Shown: piece after piece, positions 1-18,400 of the stretch
How positions within the stretch are numbered: the stretch's first letter is position 1
Layout of the letters: each line of letters begins with the position of its first letter
Assembly: GCF_000150275.1 (NCBI RefSeq)
Contig: NW_002060963.1
Span: forward strand, 81,669 to 145,668
DNA from: Trichoplax adhaerens
Taxonomy: Eukaryota > Animalia > Placozoa
Reading direction: 5' to 3'
DNA length: 64,000 bases
Notes under the pieces: generated by a model
The model's input: only the letters and a program-made list of their open reading frames with translations
Databases searched by the model: none
Told to the model about the DNA's origin: nothing
Program-made: the position numbers and the translations under genes

Positions 1-1348
1 TTAATTTGTATAAAGTACGAATGCATATTAATATGAAAAGCAGCGTACAAATTTATAGCTACATAGTGCTGATGCATATCATTAAAAATTTTCATAATAC
101 ATAATATAAATAATTTTGCTTCCTGATTGCTTTTCACATGTACGCATGATTGAATATTTTTCTAGAATCTTAGACAGTTGGATTGGTACTATCTACCAAG
201 GGTTGGAATGTTATCAGCTATCTTTTTGCGACGATATAATCTAAATTTATTTTATAGTATTGAGGCATTTACGTACGTTACTGAGTTTTAAGGTAGAATT
301 TACATGTAAATTCTTTCATCTAATCTACGAACAAAGTTTTCTAAATAATTAATGAAGGCTAGGATTATTCAAGAGGAAGCTCATTCTATGATAGTATCGT
401 GTTATTTGATTACTTTTAAGGACTTAAGCTTTGAAATGTAATTAGATTTTTGCAAATTGGATTAGCTCCATATTGAATATGGTGTTGTTTAAAAGAAGCA
501 TCAGATAAGCAAATATTTAACTGATAGAAAAGGGAATATCAGCATGTGCCTCATAAAGAAATTTAAATCTAGTATAAGATTGATCATATAAAATGTCGGC
601 TTTGTCAACATAGTGATTTAATCAAAAATATGTTATGAGTCGTAGCCATATATGTTATATTGCGTCGCGTTATAAAATGTTTGAAAATAGTTTGGTTATG
701 GTCATTATGGGTATTATATGATTGCAAGCATAGGCTAAAGTCAGGGCATTCCAATCGTTTGCTGTTGGCCAGTTCATTGCAAACTACAGTTGGTGTCGCG
801 CGTCTTGATTACAAAATCTGTTAAGATATTATCATAAGTTGTTAATAAAATATTGACTGTGCACGCGCTTAATAGTACATCTTTGAGCAACTATTTGGAA
901 CTACCAGTCAGAGCAAAGCATAACAGTTTCAAGCCTTTTAGGGGTAGCCACTGATTGGTTGCTATAAATGTAGCGCCTAGTAACTTTTTAAGCCTTTGTT
1001 ACTAAAGCAAGCATGATTAGCAATTAAATGTATGCGATCTTGTGTGCTGATAGCAATACCTGTAATACGCTATTTTAGTATGATGCAACATTAATTTTGT
1101 AATTTGACTATTGAAAATCGTAAAAATTTGTAGGATGATTGCTAAAATTAAGCATACTTAACAGTCTGTGAAGCAAAAAATATAGTGCTTAGCATTATAG
1201 CAGTTCGTGCAGTAAAAATTTGAAGTAATAAGAAAAGCGTGAAGCGATTACATCAGTGCAAATAGCTGGCAATGTTTACAATAAACCATGGAAAGGTTGA
1301 ATAGCTTTAGAATTTAGGAATCATTATTTTCTTTATTACTATGCGTAC

Positions 1349-5543
<4,195 letters not shown>

Positions 5544-5666
5544 ACTGCAATTAGTAAGTGGATTTTCTTCTTTTCTCCCTTGTACGCGTGTCGTCAAGTA
5601 AAATCCCTTTGCAATGGGCAATATTCCTCTCGTTCCAAGTAAGAATGACTACTACACCACCTTACC

Positions 5667-6562
5667 TCGTCTCCCACTCGATCGATAAGCGTCCAATAAC
5701 GAACTATCAAGTAAGACGTTGATTTCGATGGCCAACAAGTCAAGCAATTTCCCTTTCCAACCAACTCACTTCTACTCGATTCGATTAATGAAATTTTCCA
5801 CTACAAATGCTGGACAAGATTAACTCCAGTTTACGCCAATCTCTTCGGCTCCCTCTTGGCTACCGAATATGTCTGCTGTCTCCTCCCGACTCTCTCTCTC
5901 TCTCTCTCTACCGTAGTTACTCAAGCAAGGGGAACGAGGACGGTCGTCTTGACGCGGCTGATTGGCTGAAATGGACTGGACTGGCCCAGCTGGTCCCTAC
6001 CTATTGATTTAGTACGACATGCGTCGACGATGCCAGTCACAAGCTAGAGGGTGGGTGTACCCATCAGATAGACAGACAGACAGCTAACTTGCCCACTAGA
6101 GTCCAGTATGGAAGACCCGGTAGCAAACTGGATGGGGTGGGGAATGAGTATGGGAAAAAGAGGCAGGCCGATTCTTTTTTTTCGACTTGTCCGTATGTCG
6201 ATGTTGACAAAGAAGTAGAATCTTATTATTTCACTGGAGTAGTTTTACTCACTCACCAATATACTGTATTGGACTAGTGAAAGCGTCTACCGTATTGTCT
6301 AAACCATCAGTTACTACTAGAAATAGAAAACTGGTCAAAATTTCTCCAACTTTAAGTAGTAGTCGATGGCCTCTCGCCTTCTCATAGGCACGGATTGCCA
6401 GAAAGACGGCACTCTACTTTCCAGTACTATTCTGTACAGTGTACAGTACACACCTACAGTACCGTATTGTACTGTAGGACTATAGTACAAGCGTCAGTGT
6501 ACGGTACGGTACAGTACCATAGTGAACAGTCTATACTCCACCGAAAGCAACAACATCGAGGA
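5667..6562. promoter_or_regulatory. Probable bidirectional promoter between KLC (-) and RRP36 (+)
   Basis: Divergent gene starts about 1 kb apart, raised GC, a (CT)n tract at ~5890-5909, GATTGG (reverse CCAAT) at ~5960, and a GTAC-rich patch at 6420-6520. Confidence 0.6.
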
Positions 6563-9500
6563 ATGGATGAAGAAGGTAAGATGGCCACCAATTTACTGTA
6601 CTTTAACCTTACTTTCAGTTGGATATTGCTTACCTACAACGTGTGTCATAGGTTACTGGGCGATAGATCATGCTTTTGCCATAACATTTCATCTATTTGA
6701 CTATTGTATGCAATTATTCTCTCAGTAGAGCAGCCATCAGTAGCAACTGTCTAAGCAATGTGCTGTATGCAGTCTGCAAAGGAGTCCTACATGCAAGTTG
6801 CAATCAATGAATGTGCAACCGATAGTTCAGTCAGTCTATTCGATCCTTTAGTTCATGAAGGATGGCCTGTTTGGCCTATTCGCTATAGGTATACAGTAAT
6901 CCATGACAAGTGTTAGAGAATAATAAATGCAACATCTACAGTACTGTGCGTTTCAGCCACTACTATTCTTCCTTATTAGTCCATGGACTATTTAATATAT
7001 AACTATACTTACGGGATCGATAGCATCATAGAGTGTCTTACAGCTACTGGAAGTCTGCAGTATTAGGCAACATAAATATATTACGTATAGTCTGCAAACG
7101 AGTCCTACATGCAAGTTGCAATCAATGAATGTGCAACCGATAGCTCAGTCAGTCTATTCGATCCTTTAGTTCATGAAGGATGGCCTGTTTGGCCTATTCG
7201 CTATAGGTATACAGTAATCCATGACAAGTGTTAGAGAATAATAAATGCAACATCTACAGTACTGTGCGTTTCAGCCACTACTATTCTTCCTTATTACTCA
7301 ATGGACTTGCAGTCCATGGACTATTTAATATATAACTATACTTACAGAATCGATAGCATCATAGAGTGTCTTACAGCTACTGGAAGTCTGCAGTATTAGG
7401 CAACATAAACATATTACGTGTAGTCTGCAAATGAGTCCTACATTCAAGTTGCAATCAATGAATGTGCAACCGATAGTTCAGTGATCCTTAAGTCAATGAA
7501 TGATGGCCTGTTTGGCCTATTCGCTATAGGTATACAGTAATCCATGGCAAGTGTTAGAGAATAATACATGCAACATCTACAGTACTGTGCGTTTCAGTCA
7601 CTACTATTCTTCCTTATTACTTAATGGACTTGCAGTCCATGGACTATTTAATATATAACTATACTTACAGAATCGATAGCATCATAGAGTGCCTTACAGC
7701 TACTGGAAGTCTGCAGTATTAGGCAACATAGACATGTTACGTGTATAACTGATCAGTTTATGTTACATGTAAATGCTCAAATATCAATCCAACACCGATT
7801 CGTAGTAGCAAAACAGAAAGTGAGATAGATTCCCATGATAGGGTAGCAAAAATATCATAGGCCAGACAATCCACATGGAAGAAGTAGAGTTGGACCTCAA
7901 ACGAAATAGATATAGCAGTAATATACTGTAGTTTGCACTATACGCATGCTTACCTTGTGTAGAGTAGTTTTCATGGACTAAAAGTAATTCTTGTCACACC
8001 AATGGGTCTGAATAAAGTTTATTTATATATTCTGTATATGTTATTCTATTTTAGATTTAACCGATATACCCTTTGCAGACCTGCAAAAACTTCGTGATCA
8101 AGTTGGTATTAAGAGGTGCGTCTAGCGTTCAAGTTGCTAACACCTGACCATCTTACATCTTTTGGTAGTTTCAGTTGTGTCACAGTTTGAAGACGTGATT
8201 AAGTTGATTTGTTAGTATAGTATGCATAGACACTAGTATCTTACTATAGTTTATAAGAGGTATGAAAAGTGAACTAGCTTACAGAATGATGAAAGCATGG
8301 CTAATATACTTTTATTGATCAGCTTAATTTGGTATTTTGTGTGAGGCCAAGTGCACAATAAATTACTGTAAATGATACATTTTTAAGGAGAACACCAAAT
8401 ATAAACTTGCCATATTTTCCATCTTATACTTGTAACTGATAACTACAGGTATAACCAGGCCATCCGCAATACCGAAGGCAAAAAAGGAAATAAACTGACG
8501 GACAATAATACTAAATATAGGTATCTTTTGATTGAAACTTGATCATAGACTTCAGCAAGCTGTAGCGATCATGCAGTATTTTCAAAATGATAGATGCGTA
8601 AAAACCAGTGCCATCAGTTTGATTATCCTTAAAACATCTTCAAGGATAGATAATACTAGACCTCAATTTTTTCCATTGTTAATACTAGACCTCAAGAATT
8701 CTCATCCAAGAAACCAGTTTCAGTTTTAAGACAAATTCATCAAACCAAAAAATCCGTAAGTAGTCTGCCGCATAGCATAGTTTATAATAATATTTATGAA
8801 ATCGTACATATATTTTGGTAATTACAGTCTAGTTAAAAAAGTAATTCTCACGTCGGTTATTGAAGTCATTAGAAGGAACATGAATCCTATTGTGAGTTGC
8901 ATTATCATGCATTGGCCTAATAAACTAATCAATACTTTATGATCAATTAACGGGATACACAAATTTAGAAACCGAAAGATCCCAGATTCACTAGAAAGAG
9001 TGGCACATTAAACGAGGACTTATTTGAGAAATCCTTCGGATTTATCAAGGAATTGAAAACAAATGAAGAGCAGGTTAACTTGTTTATTCATTAAGGCGAA
9101 ATTTTATAGTTCGCTGGGATACACTGTCCTAATCGATCAATGTAAAGCGTTAGCTTTGTAATCGCTGCGTTCGTTTTCTGCCTAGATGTTAATCAAGCAA
9201 TTGCATAAAACGAAAGATAAATCTCGTAAAGCAGAGATATCAGCTGCTTTGGAAAGACTTGTGAGTCTAAAGGCTGTTTAACTCTGGTTTTTAGATCACC
9301 AGACTTTTCATGTTTGATTTCTTTCGTTAGAATCAACAACAACAACATATTACGGAAAGAAAACAGAAGCAAGAGATTATCAAGCAGCATCGTAAGAAAG
9401 AAATTGAACTTATCGAAAAGGGAAAGAAGCCTTTTTATTTAAAGAGATGTAAGTGCAGTAAAATTGTAGGTCCTTCAATTTTATTATGATCATGACGTAG

Positions 9501-9707
9501 TGATATTGCTTTTGTCTCTATTAACGTTGTAATCCTAATTTTGATCGATCTGTTTATTTAGCAATGAAAAAACAAATGTTTGTAGAGCAAAAACATGATA
9601 CACTAAAAAAGCAAAGAAAATTAGATAAATATCTAAAAAGGAAAACTAGGAGAGATACTGCAAAAGAAAGAGCTAAGATGCCAAAATCTCGTCAAGTAAC
9701 GGAATAA
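6563..9707 (+). CDS. RRP36: Ribosomal RNA processing protein 36 homolog
   Basis: Exons 6563-6575, 8055-8115, 8449-8520, 8689-8755, 8969-9073, 9186-9260, 9331-9448, 9562-9707 join in frame. Peptides: DLTDIPFADLQKLRDQVG, RPQEFSSKKPV, KDPRFTRKSGTLNEDLFEKSFGFI, EKGKKPFYLKR, LDKYLKRK. Absent from the ORF track because the exons are short. Confidence 0.9.
6771..7745. repeat. Three-copy tandem repeat, ~320-333 bp unit, in RRP36 intron 1
   Basis: Units start with AGTCTGCAAA.GAGTCCTACAT at 6771, 7089 and 7422. Copies are nearly identical apart from small indels. Confidence 0.95.
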
Positions 9708-10603
9708 AATTTTATTCGGTTGGCACAGACGATAACTTTTTGTTGAAAGTCATGATATCTAACAGTTGATATCATTAAAATTTCAACGGCTAACTTGGTA
9801 AAGGAGCATCTTTGCTAAGCATGTGTGTGATTTGTAGCTTATGATCTTTATTATGTACATAACATTAATATGTTTGTAATGTAAATTATCCTGTGTAATG
9901 CCTTTACTAGGTGTTTAAAAGTATGCACGCATGTTTGCAAATTTAATGTAATAGCAATAAATTTTTATTAAATTTCTTTACGAACTTGAAAGGATTTAAT
10001 GCGATGCTTGTGATAATGATGAATGTCAATTAATATGTATTCTGCATGGCAGTAAATGCCTGCAGGGTTATTGAATTATCTATCATATTCACGTTGTTGA
10101 TATTTCGGAAATATTTCATCTTGGATAGCAGACTGGGCATTTAGGGCAAACAACTACGCCAAAGTGTACAGATAAAGCCGCGACAGTACTGTAGAATTAC
10201 ATACAAGTATGATTGTACTGATGATTTCGTATTGTTTCTAACTTCATGTATGACATTTGCAATCCAAGTCAATAATATATTCTTGTCTCATCTTCATTTA
10301 AGTATATTAATGATCATTTTTATCAATAACATGGACTGCAAATACATGGATAATTTATGATGAGCGCATACAAATTGGCAATATAAGACAATTGGTAACA
10401 AAGTATATTTCTTTAGTACTGCAACATATGATTACCATCTAGAATCCTTGCGATATAGTACAGCACAAACTTTTTCGTGATGTACGCTTCCATTTTCAGA
10501 TAAAATATTACATAAATGGCTAGATACAGTATCATAATTTTTAAAAAATACTCCAAGAGCGGGATTACAGTATATGGTAGTTTTACACTTATTCATTCGT
10601 AGA

Positions 10604-11473
10604 TTATTCTCTGACAACCTTGATTCCAATACTTTTTGCGCTACCCATTATAGCTTTACATACATGTTCCAATGTCATGTTACGAAACTGCTCATCGTTG
10701 TGTTTAACTTTGGCAATTTCGTAAATATGCTTTAAGGTGACAACGCCAGCAACTTCTTTACCTGAATGAAAGATAGTATGTATGTTCGATTTAGTGACGA
10801 CATATACAGCATCTAACTCGATATTTGCGATAACTATATGGCTATGTGATATCAATTGTAGTATTGTTAACCTTGGTGCGCGCTTCCTTTTTCAATACCA
10901 GCTGCTGCTTTTAAAAAATACGAAGCAGGAGGTGCGGAGGTCGAGAATTTATATGATCGATCAGCCTATGAGAACAGTTTAAGGATACTCAGTATAGTAA
11001 TGAAATAGATAAAAGCAAATATTACAGAAGAAGATGGAATTGTTAGGATAGAAGTTGACTACCAATTTTATATGATTTGGATTATACTTTAAAGTATATT
11101 CAATTCAGTCTATAAAGGTATAACTTACATAAATAAAAATTTTGGTTGGAATGGGGATGCCTTCTTCCATATTGGCGGTTTTATCATTAAATTCTTTACA
11201 AAACTTTCCAATATTTAAGCCACGCTAGTGTGAATACAAATTAAAAGTAATAGGCATTAATAGAAGATGATATGATTGTATAAATGGATCTAACCGGCAA
11301 CAGATTCTTTGAGTAGACTTAAACTGTAATAAAACGAAATACAGTACAGTACTTCTCCATGTTATAGCTTTGTCATTTACCTGTCCAAGGGCTGGTCCGA
11401 GTGGCGGTGATGGTGAAGCCTTCCCAGCCTTGATATACATTTTATGCAATTGGACTAATTTTTTGGACGCCAT
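10604..11473 (-). CDS. MRPL11: Mitochondrial ribosomal protein L11 (uL11m)
   Basis: Exons 11473-11381, 11224-11129, 10965-10872, 10761-10604. Peptides: [85 protein letters not shown]. Confidence 0.96.
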
Positions 11474-12713
11474 ATCGTTCTAAATAAACTAATGCAATAT
11501 ATATATATATATATTTATATACATATTAAAACCAGGAAATGATCTTGATATCGTCTTTAATTTATTCTTTCGATCAATCACTAATATACAAATTAAAGGC
11601 ATAGCAATGATAATAATAATAACAATATACTCGTAAGATTACGCCAAAGCGATAGCAATGCATTACTGTACAGTATGTCGATTTTTAACTAAATTCTAAG
11701 ATAAGAAATAACTAGTACAGTATATCTACTGCATGACTATGGGCTATGCTAAAGCACTTGATGGCTGTGCATCATGTCAGCTAAGCTATATTATTACACT
11801 GTTTAATTGTAACAAATTTATTGATTACTGTCTATGACAAGAAAATACTGTTAGGGAATAGGAAGATGGTCAACGAGCTTGAAGTCAATGCGAGCATACT
11901 GACTGCTCCAAACAAATGATACAGTACCTGTGAAGATTCAATGCAATTGGATTTAATTTCGGTGTCAATAATATGGATTGGGTAAACATACACACCTTGT
12001 CAAATAGATTTTTTTATGTTGGCATGAGACAAAATTGAAGATGAAGAGACATCAATTAGACTTGCCACGATAGCTGAGAAGCAAAAGCAGGCAATAACTG
12101 CAGGCAACCTGCAAACCTGCTGCAGCTCTACAGTACTGTAGGCTAATGCACGCCAGGAAAATACTGTAGCATGAAGGAAAGACTACCAGTACATACAATA
12201 TATTGTACTGTAACACACACAGTACAATACACTGTAGGAGACCCTTTCGTCTGGGCACTTTTACTGTACTAAGTACTGTAGCTGCTGGACACTCTTAGGG
12301 TATCGTATTATGCAAAATAGATAGTCATCATTTAACCGTCTCTTCTTCAACAAGTGTATAGGAAAACATGATAGAAAAGAGTTCTAGTTTTGAACGAGGG
12401 GTGACACACTGACTGCTTGTTGTAAAACACGAATAGACAGTATGAAAGTGCACCTTGGATAACTACCTACAGTATCAGGAGTTATTTGACATTGAATACT
12501 ACATTGCCGACATGGGTACACTTACAGTACATTAAGTACAGTACCAGCCATGATTTCAAAGAGAACCATGTGGATCGTTTCATTTGACACTACAGTATAC
12601 TGACGGCAGTAATAATCCATACTGAAATAACATTGAACATTTAACATTATATAACTCTCGCTAAAAAGGAAAATCTTTTTTCTTTTCCCTATTCCAACTT
12701 TGAAAGCATAGCC
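11474..12713. promoter_or_regulatory. Probable bidirectional promoter/5' UTR region between MRPL11 (-) and the SLIRP-like gene (+)
   Basis: Divergent start codons 1.24 kb apart, with an ACAGTAC/TACTGTA-rich patch at ~12120-12280. Confidence 0.55.
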
Positions 12714-14048
12714 ATGTTTGCCTCCTATGTTGATAAAGCACGATCTCTATTTGTTGCCCGTTTGCCATGGTTTACATCTCCAGGTATACATAAACAGGGA
12801 TTGATTCTACAAGTGGTAATAGCGCTCAATGTGTGTAATAAATCAGGCGCACTTTAGGCTGCAGTGTGCAGTGATATGCCATGTGCAATTGTGCATTGGT
12901 GGTCTGTCTGACAATTATCCTGCTGCAACATGCATACCATATCATTACAATATCAAAGTACTGTATAGATGTTATAGATCAATGTCAAGTACAGGATATA
13001 ATCATAGAACGTAGAATATATTGGATATATCAAGTCTTCATCATCGATACTGTCTAGTGAGATTGAACTTCATGTGTAGCTGCATTGGTCATTAACATTC
13101 GAAAGTACAACAGCTTTAGCAGTCTTTTACCTACTAAAGTTGTTTGTTACCAACATCGACATGTTCAGTTACAGTACAAGTGTATTAGCAGGCTTCTAGA
13201 CCTGGTAGTATTGTTGGGAATATCAAATTGGTGAACAGTTTTAATCCTTATATAGTAAAGCTTGCGAACGATCTTAGCTGTATAAACTTTCTAACCAATC
13301 CCTTTTCATCATTACAATATGATTAGAAATCCTTAGGCAATATTTTAGCAAATACGGCATTATTACCCGGGCATCAATTGTATACGTAAGTATGGATTGG
13401 TTTAAATAACATACATAGGGCTTATTATTCTATGTAGTGTACATAAAATTAAAGGCTCTTGCAATAACTTTAGATACTTTTAAAAGTATCTACAAATATG
13501 CTTATACCATAATTTAATTCTGTATTAAATACCTTGCATACCTAGTATCCATCGTACTGTAATATCTTGCATTCTATACCTCGTATAGAATACGATATAA
13601 TGCACGCGTACTTTCAAGATATGCGATTTGCGAGTGAGACTACTGTTTAACAATCTCGCTGTAGTAAATACAGCGTATTCTCTCATGTCTGAATCGTTCA
13701 TTGTGCTACCTTATCGTATGCTAATACGTATTTTCAATCATATACCATAGGATAGAGATACTGGAAGATCGAGACGTTACGGATTTGTTGAATTTCGTTC
13801 AAGATCATCCTTACAGCAAGCGCTAACGGAGCAACCCCATGTGATTGACGGAACAGAGGTAATTATGATGTTATTATGACAGTTAATTGTACGGCATACA
13901 TTCATTTAAACTTATCGTAATAAATGTGTAATATAGATACCTAATAACACAGTATATGTTGATTTAGGCACTCGTAAAGGAAGTTTTGACACAGCCCTCG
14001 GAGCCAGCGCAGAAATCTGGTCTTGCTGATGAAGAGAAACAAATTTAA
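12714..14048 (+). CDS. SLIRP: Small single-RRM protein, SLIRP-like (mitochondrial RNA-binding)
   Basis: Exons 12714-12783, 13327-13385, 13751-13858, 13968-14048 give MFASYVDKARSLFVARLPWFTSPEILRQYFSKYGIITRASIVYDRDTGRSRRYGFVEFRSRSSLQQALTEQPHVIDGTEALVKEVLTQPSEPAQKSGLADEEKQI. Contains RNP2 LFVARLPW, RNP1 RYGFVEF, H-x-IDG and a DEEK tail as in SLIRP. Not in the ORF track. Confidence 0.8.
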
Positions 14049-15438
14049 TTTATGTGCTTTTTGGGGAATATGTGAATGCTTCTATAGCCTATATTTATAC
14101 AGTTATGTTTAAAAACTATCTATTTAAACTTAACATGGCTTAGCATTCACCTTACAATATACGACGTTTCGTATAATTGAAATAATGTAATATACAGTAT
14201 TTCCACTCACGCGTTCTATGACTAGTTGCAAAATTGTATATGGAAGCTACATGAAAATCAAAGAGTAACAAAAAATTTGTATTAAACAACTATGGCTTTT
14301 AATGTGCTAGCATCTGAAATTAGTTTTTACGCGTGTTTAAATTTTACGATTTATACTTTATGCAATGATATTAAAAGAATTAATATTATTTCGCATGCAT
14401 ATGCCATAATAAATCCTAAATTGCAGATACCGTTAGTGATTACATAGCACAGCGTATAAGATCTAAAGGTATTCGGAAACGAAATAGGACCACAATACTG
14501 TACAGATCGATTATCGTTGCAATGTATTTTCTCCACTACAGTATAATCAGTAAAAGTATAGTAATTACACTCCGTATTAATTTTTGAGCTAAAAATTGAT
14601 GTTCGTTACGTTCTTTGTAAACACTGCTACATCATCGAATTTAATATGGACTAATTACAGTACAGTATACGAGTATGTTCGATTGCAACACTGTCTATCA
14701 AAAGGAAATCATTTAACAAAGCGTCTAGCTTATTTTTGATTCCATACTGGTGCATCTTTTAGCCTCAGGCCTAGCATAAAGTATTCAGTTCGTAGTAACA
14801 TCGTGGTTGTATTTACAGTACCGTGTAGATATCACATAAGAATTTTTCAGAATAACGTATGAAAATTATGCACTATCTGCAATATCTAGCGAACCTATAA
14901 TTAACCAGATAGATTAACACAGACATTATCCAAGCCTATTATAACTTCATACCAGTCTTAAATAAATTGGTAGTGTTACATTTTAATTGGTGTATTCTCG
15001 TAAGCATTAATCAATCAAGTAATTACTGTATACTACATCAAGTCTACATGTACTGTACATGAGGAATTGCCGACAACGATCGTAATACACTTTATAGTAA
15101 CTTAAAGCTCTCATACTAAAAGAATTGTAGATAAACAATCATTCATACTGTGAGGATATCCCTTAATAATGGGCCGTATTCGTAATCAAGTGCAAAGGGC
15201 TATCTTCATAACTTTCAATAAGTTAAACACACAAACACTACGCTCTCGTAATATTGTCTTCGTAAGATTTTTAATGCGTATATTCTTGTTTACAGATCGG
15301 ATCTAATATTGTTGTATTTAAGAAATTTCATACAGGTATTCCTGAATCAAAAGCACGATAAATACAAGGATTGATGGACTACATCAATTACATATATATA
15401 TATATATATAAAAATTGAGCATTCTAAGAAAATGTAAG

Positions 15439-18400
15439 CTAGTTTTTGCTCTTTTTACTCCTACTGTCTTTCGAGTCTTCGGTGGGTCTTTTAGACTGTT
15501 TAGCTTCAGTCAAGAACTTGTCAAGACCAAATGGATCATCTTCATCCTTTTCAAATTGAACTGGACCATCACGTTGTAGATTATGATCTGTACCTTGGAA
15601 TTCAGTATCAGCGGCAAACCTAAAACAGTATAATTATCAGGTTAACGTTTAAAGTCAAATATGTTAGGGAATTTAGTTATTAGTCAATAAGTATATACTG
15701 ATATATTAAAAAAATTATCAACGATAAACAGCAATATCAACCGTTTCGTCTTGACCAGTGAATCCAGGTCATCACCATATATGTCTTTATCCAAATTTTT
15801 AGACGGTCTATAAATTGATGACGCGGAAGTTTTCTTCCAGGGTTTATCATACACATTGTAAGCATCATCTTCCGCAAAACCAGAGCCAACACCCTTTGAA
15901 AAGCAGTTTAGAAAGTTATCAATTTGTCCATGTCGAAAGATATAAAGTATGGTCAAAAGATAATTATACAAAGGGTAATATTATCCGTACTTCTGCTTGG
16001 TTAAAGAGTCGCTGATCGTACATTCCTTCGTCAGATTTTACATTGGCGGGCATTCCAAGAGCAATTTTCTCACTAATATCTCGATCACGTTGCCTTTCTA
16101 ATTTTGAACGTTTATCAGGAGCAGCTCTTGCAATTCTCCTATCTCGCTCACGTTCTTTGTGTCTGTCGTGTCGTAACTGATCACGTTCTCGGGCATCCTC
16201 GCTAAAGTCTATGGCAAAGATTAATACATTTGTACGTTGTAAGAAAATTATAATAGCTTTACAGATATCAGTAATAATTCTACCAGAATCTTGGGTTCGC
16301 AAGCCAATTCGTTCTTCACGTGCTTTCTGAGCTAGAAGTCTTAAACTTTCTTCTTTTCTTTCCTTTTCTTTCTGGGCTAATTTCTTTTCCATTTGGGCGC
16401 GAAGTTCAACAGATTCACGTGCTTTTCTGTCAGCTATATATAAGGCATCCGCCAGTTTAGAGAAATTTTCGTTAATTTTGACTTCTTGAGCACCTCGACC
16501 ATCCGCTGCAAGTCGTTTGTCCAAAGGTATTGTGTAGCCCTATATTATTGGATAGGGTATACAGAAAATATTTGTACATTTTGTATTTACGAACGTAGGT
16601 GAAGCTTCACTTTCAACGCGAATGAAGCTGTAAAAACTCAGCGTATCGTACCTTAGGATTTTTCCAGTTGGATATACACGGCGGAATTTTCCACTCTTGC
16701 TGCTCTTTAACGGTTACCTTGCGTGGCGGTGAATGCATAACAGGTGCAGGAGGGGATGGAGGACCTCGTGGAATCTTTTTGTTTGTTTTAAATTTGGGCG
16801 GATCTAAAGGATCTTTCTGCATTTCTACCATTCTAATTACTCTTTGTTTTGCGCCAGAATTATATGCAGGTCCTTGCTGAGCAGGTGTGTATCTGTCAGT
16901 ATGGAATGAGATGCATTTTTATTTAGAAGGAACTATCATTTTAATTCTACTATAATGTCCTGACACCTATTACTGTACGAGTATACTCAATGATTACAAA
17001 AATCTATGCAAATCTATGAAGGGCAACTAACCGAATGTATTGTGCAGGGGCCTGTTTTTCAGCAGGCCTGGCAGGCATTGCTGCAGAAACTTTGGTCTGT
17101 ATGATCTTTTCCAATGCTTCTCGTGTTTTCTGAGTCGTCTACGTAAATAGATATTTGAAAAGTAAATAATGAATCCCTCTTCATCAATCTCTTAATTTTA
17201 TGCAAAGCAGTAATTGATATTTATGATGTATAACTAGCAAATTTAGCACTACCTCTTCAATTTCTTCTTCATCTGGCATCGATAAAGACGGATCTTCCTG
17301 TTTTAAGTGTAATGGAATTAAATCGCGAAATTCTGAAAAGACAACCTTGTCTTTACTTTGTCCTTGCTTGATAATTGAATCATACTTGACACGACCTTCG
17401 GCATCAACTTGCATTGCTAAAGCGTTCCCAGTAGCCTAGAGTATATGTATATGCGTATATGTAATCGTATAAAGGGCGTTGTGTTAAAAATCTGTGTGAT
17501 TTATTCAGATTCCTGGTATAGATTATAGTACATCGAGGTAACTATCAGCAGTAATGTATTTTTTCCGATAATTAATTTAAATCGTAATGTATATAAGCCC
17601 TGGTCTAACCTTCTTGCGTCCCATGTTTAAAGGATACCTAAAATCCAGCAAACAAATATACATAGTGAGTTTGTTAAAAAAGTGATGTCAGATTTCATGG
17701 AAACAGAAAATTACACTGATTTCATTTGATATTTCATCTATAGAATATGAATAAAGTTACTTTCAGAACGATGAGCAGTAAATTGTTGTATTCGTATAAC
17801 CCTAGCCGCTAGAATGTCACTCCGATATACGTATACATACAGTACTAGTTGTCATACAGCAGATGTACCACACTAGTTACAAGCAAAACGAAAGCAATAC
17901 TAATAGTTGTTTTTATTTCCGAAATATATCAATCGCACTGCACTCACTGCGCCACATGAATTTCAGGAAAAGCTCCTCCGCTGCCGAAATCCTAGGGGTA
18001 AAAGAATATGTAGTTGATATTAGGAATAAAATATAAATTTAGCATTACAAAGTTTTAACGCTGATAAGCATTTAACCCTTTTTAAGTGATATTTTGCGAT
18101 TAAAGTTTAAAACTGGTGTAGATGCACCCCTTTATATGCTCTTGCTTAAGTATCCTGAAATGTTTACTATGAATACAATACTTATAAATATGATAACGGT
18201 TGGGTATGCATGCGGGAGCTTGTGTTGATTATTTCGCACTATGCCAGATTACCTCTGTTTATGAATAAAATCTGATAACTACTGGATTGAAGTACGACTC
18301 TGACGTAACCATTCTGCTCGCAACAGATACAGTATGTCTATGTAGCTGTCTATAAGAAATGAGATGGACGACTACTTTTACAAGTTTAAACCAATTTTAA

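Noticed and set aside
11496-11520. (TA)n microsatellites here and at ~15392-15410
   Set aside because: Ordinary simple repeats in AT-rich DNA.
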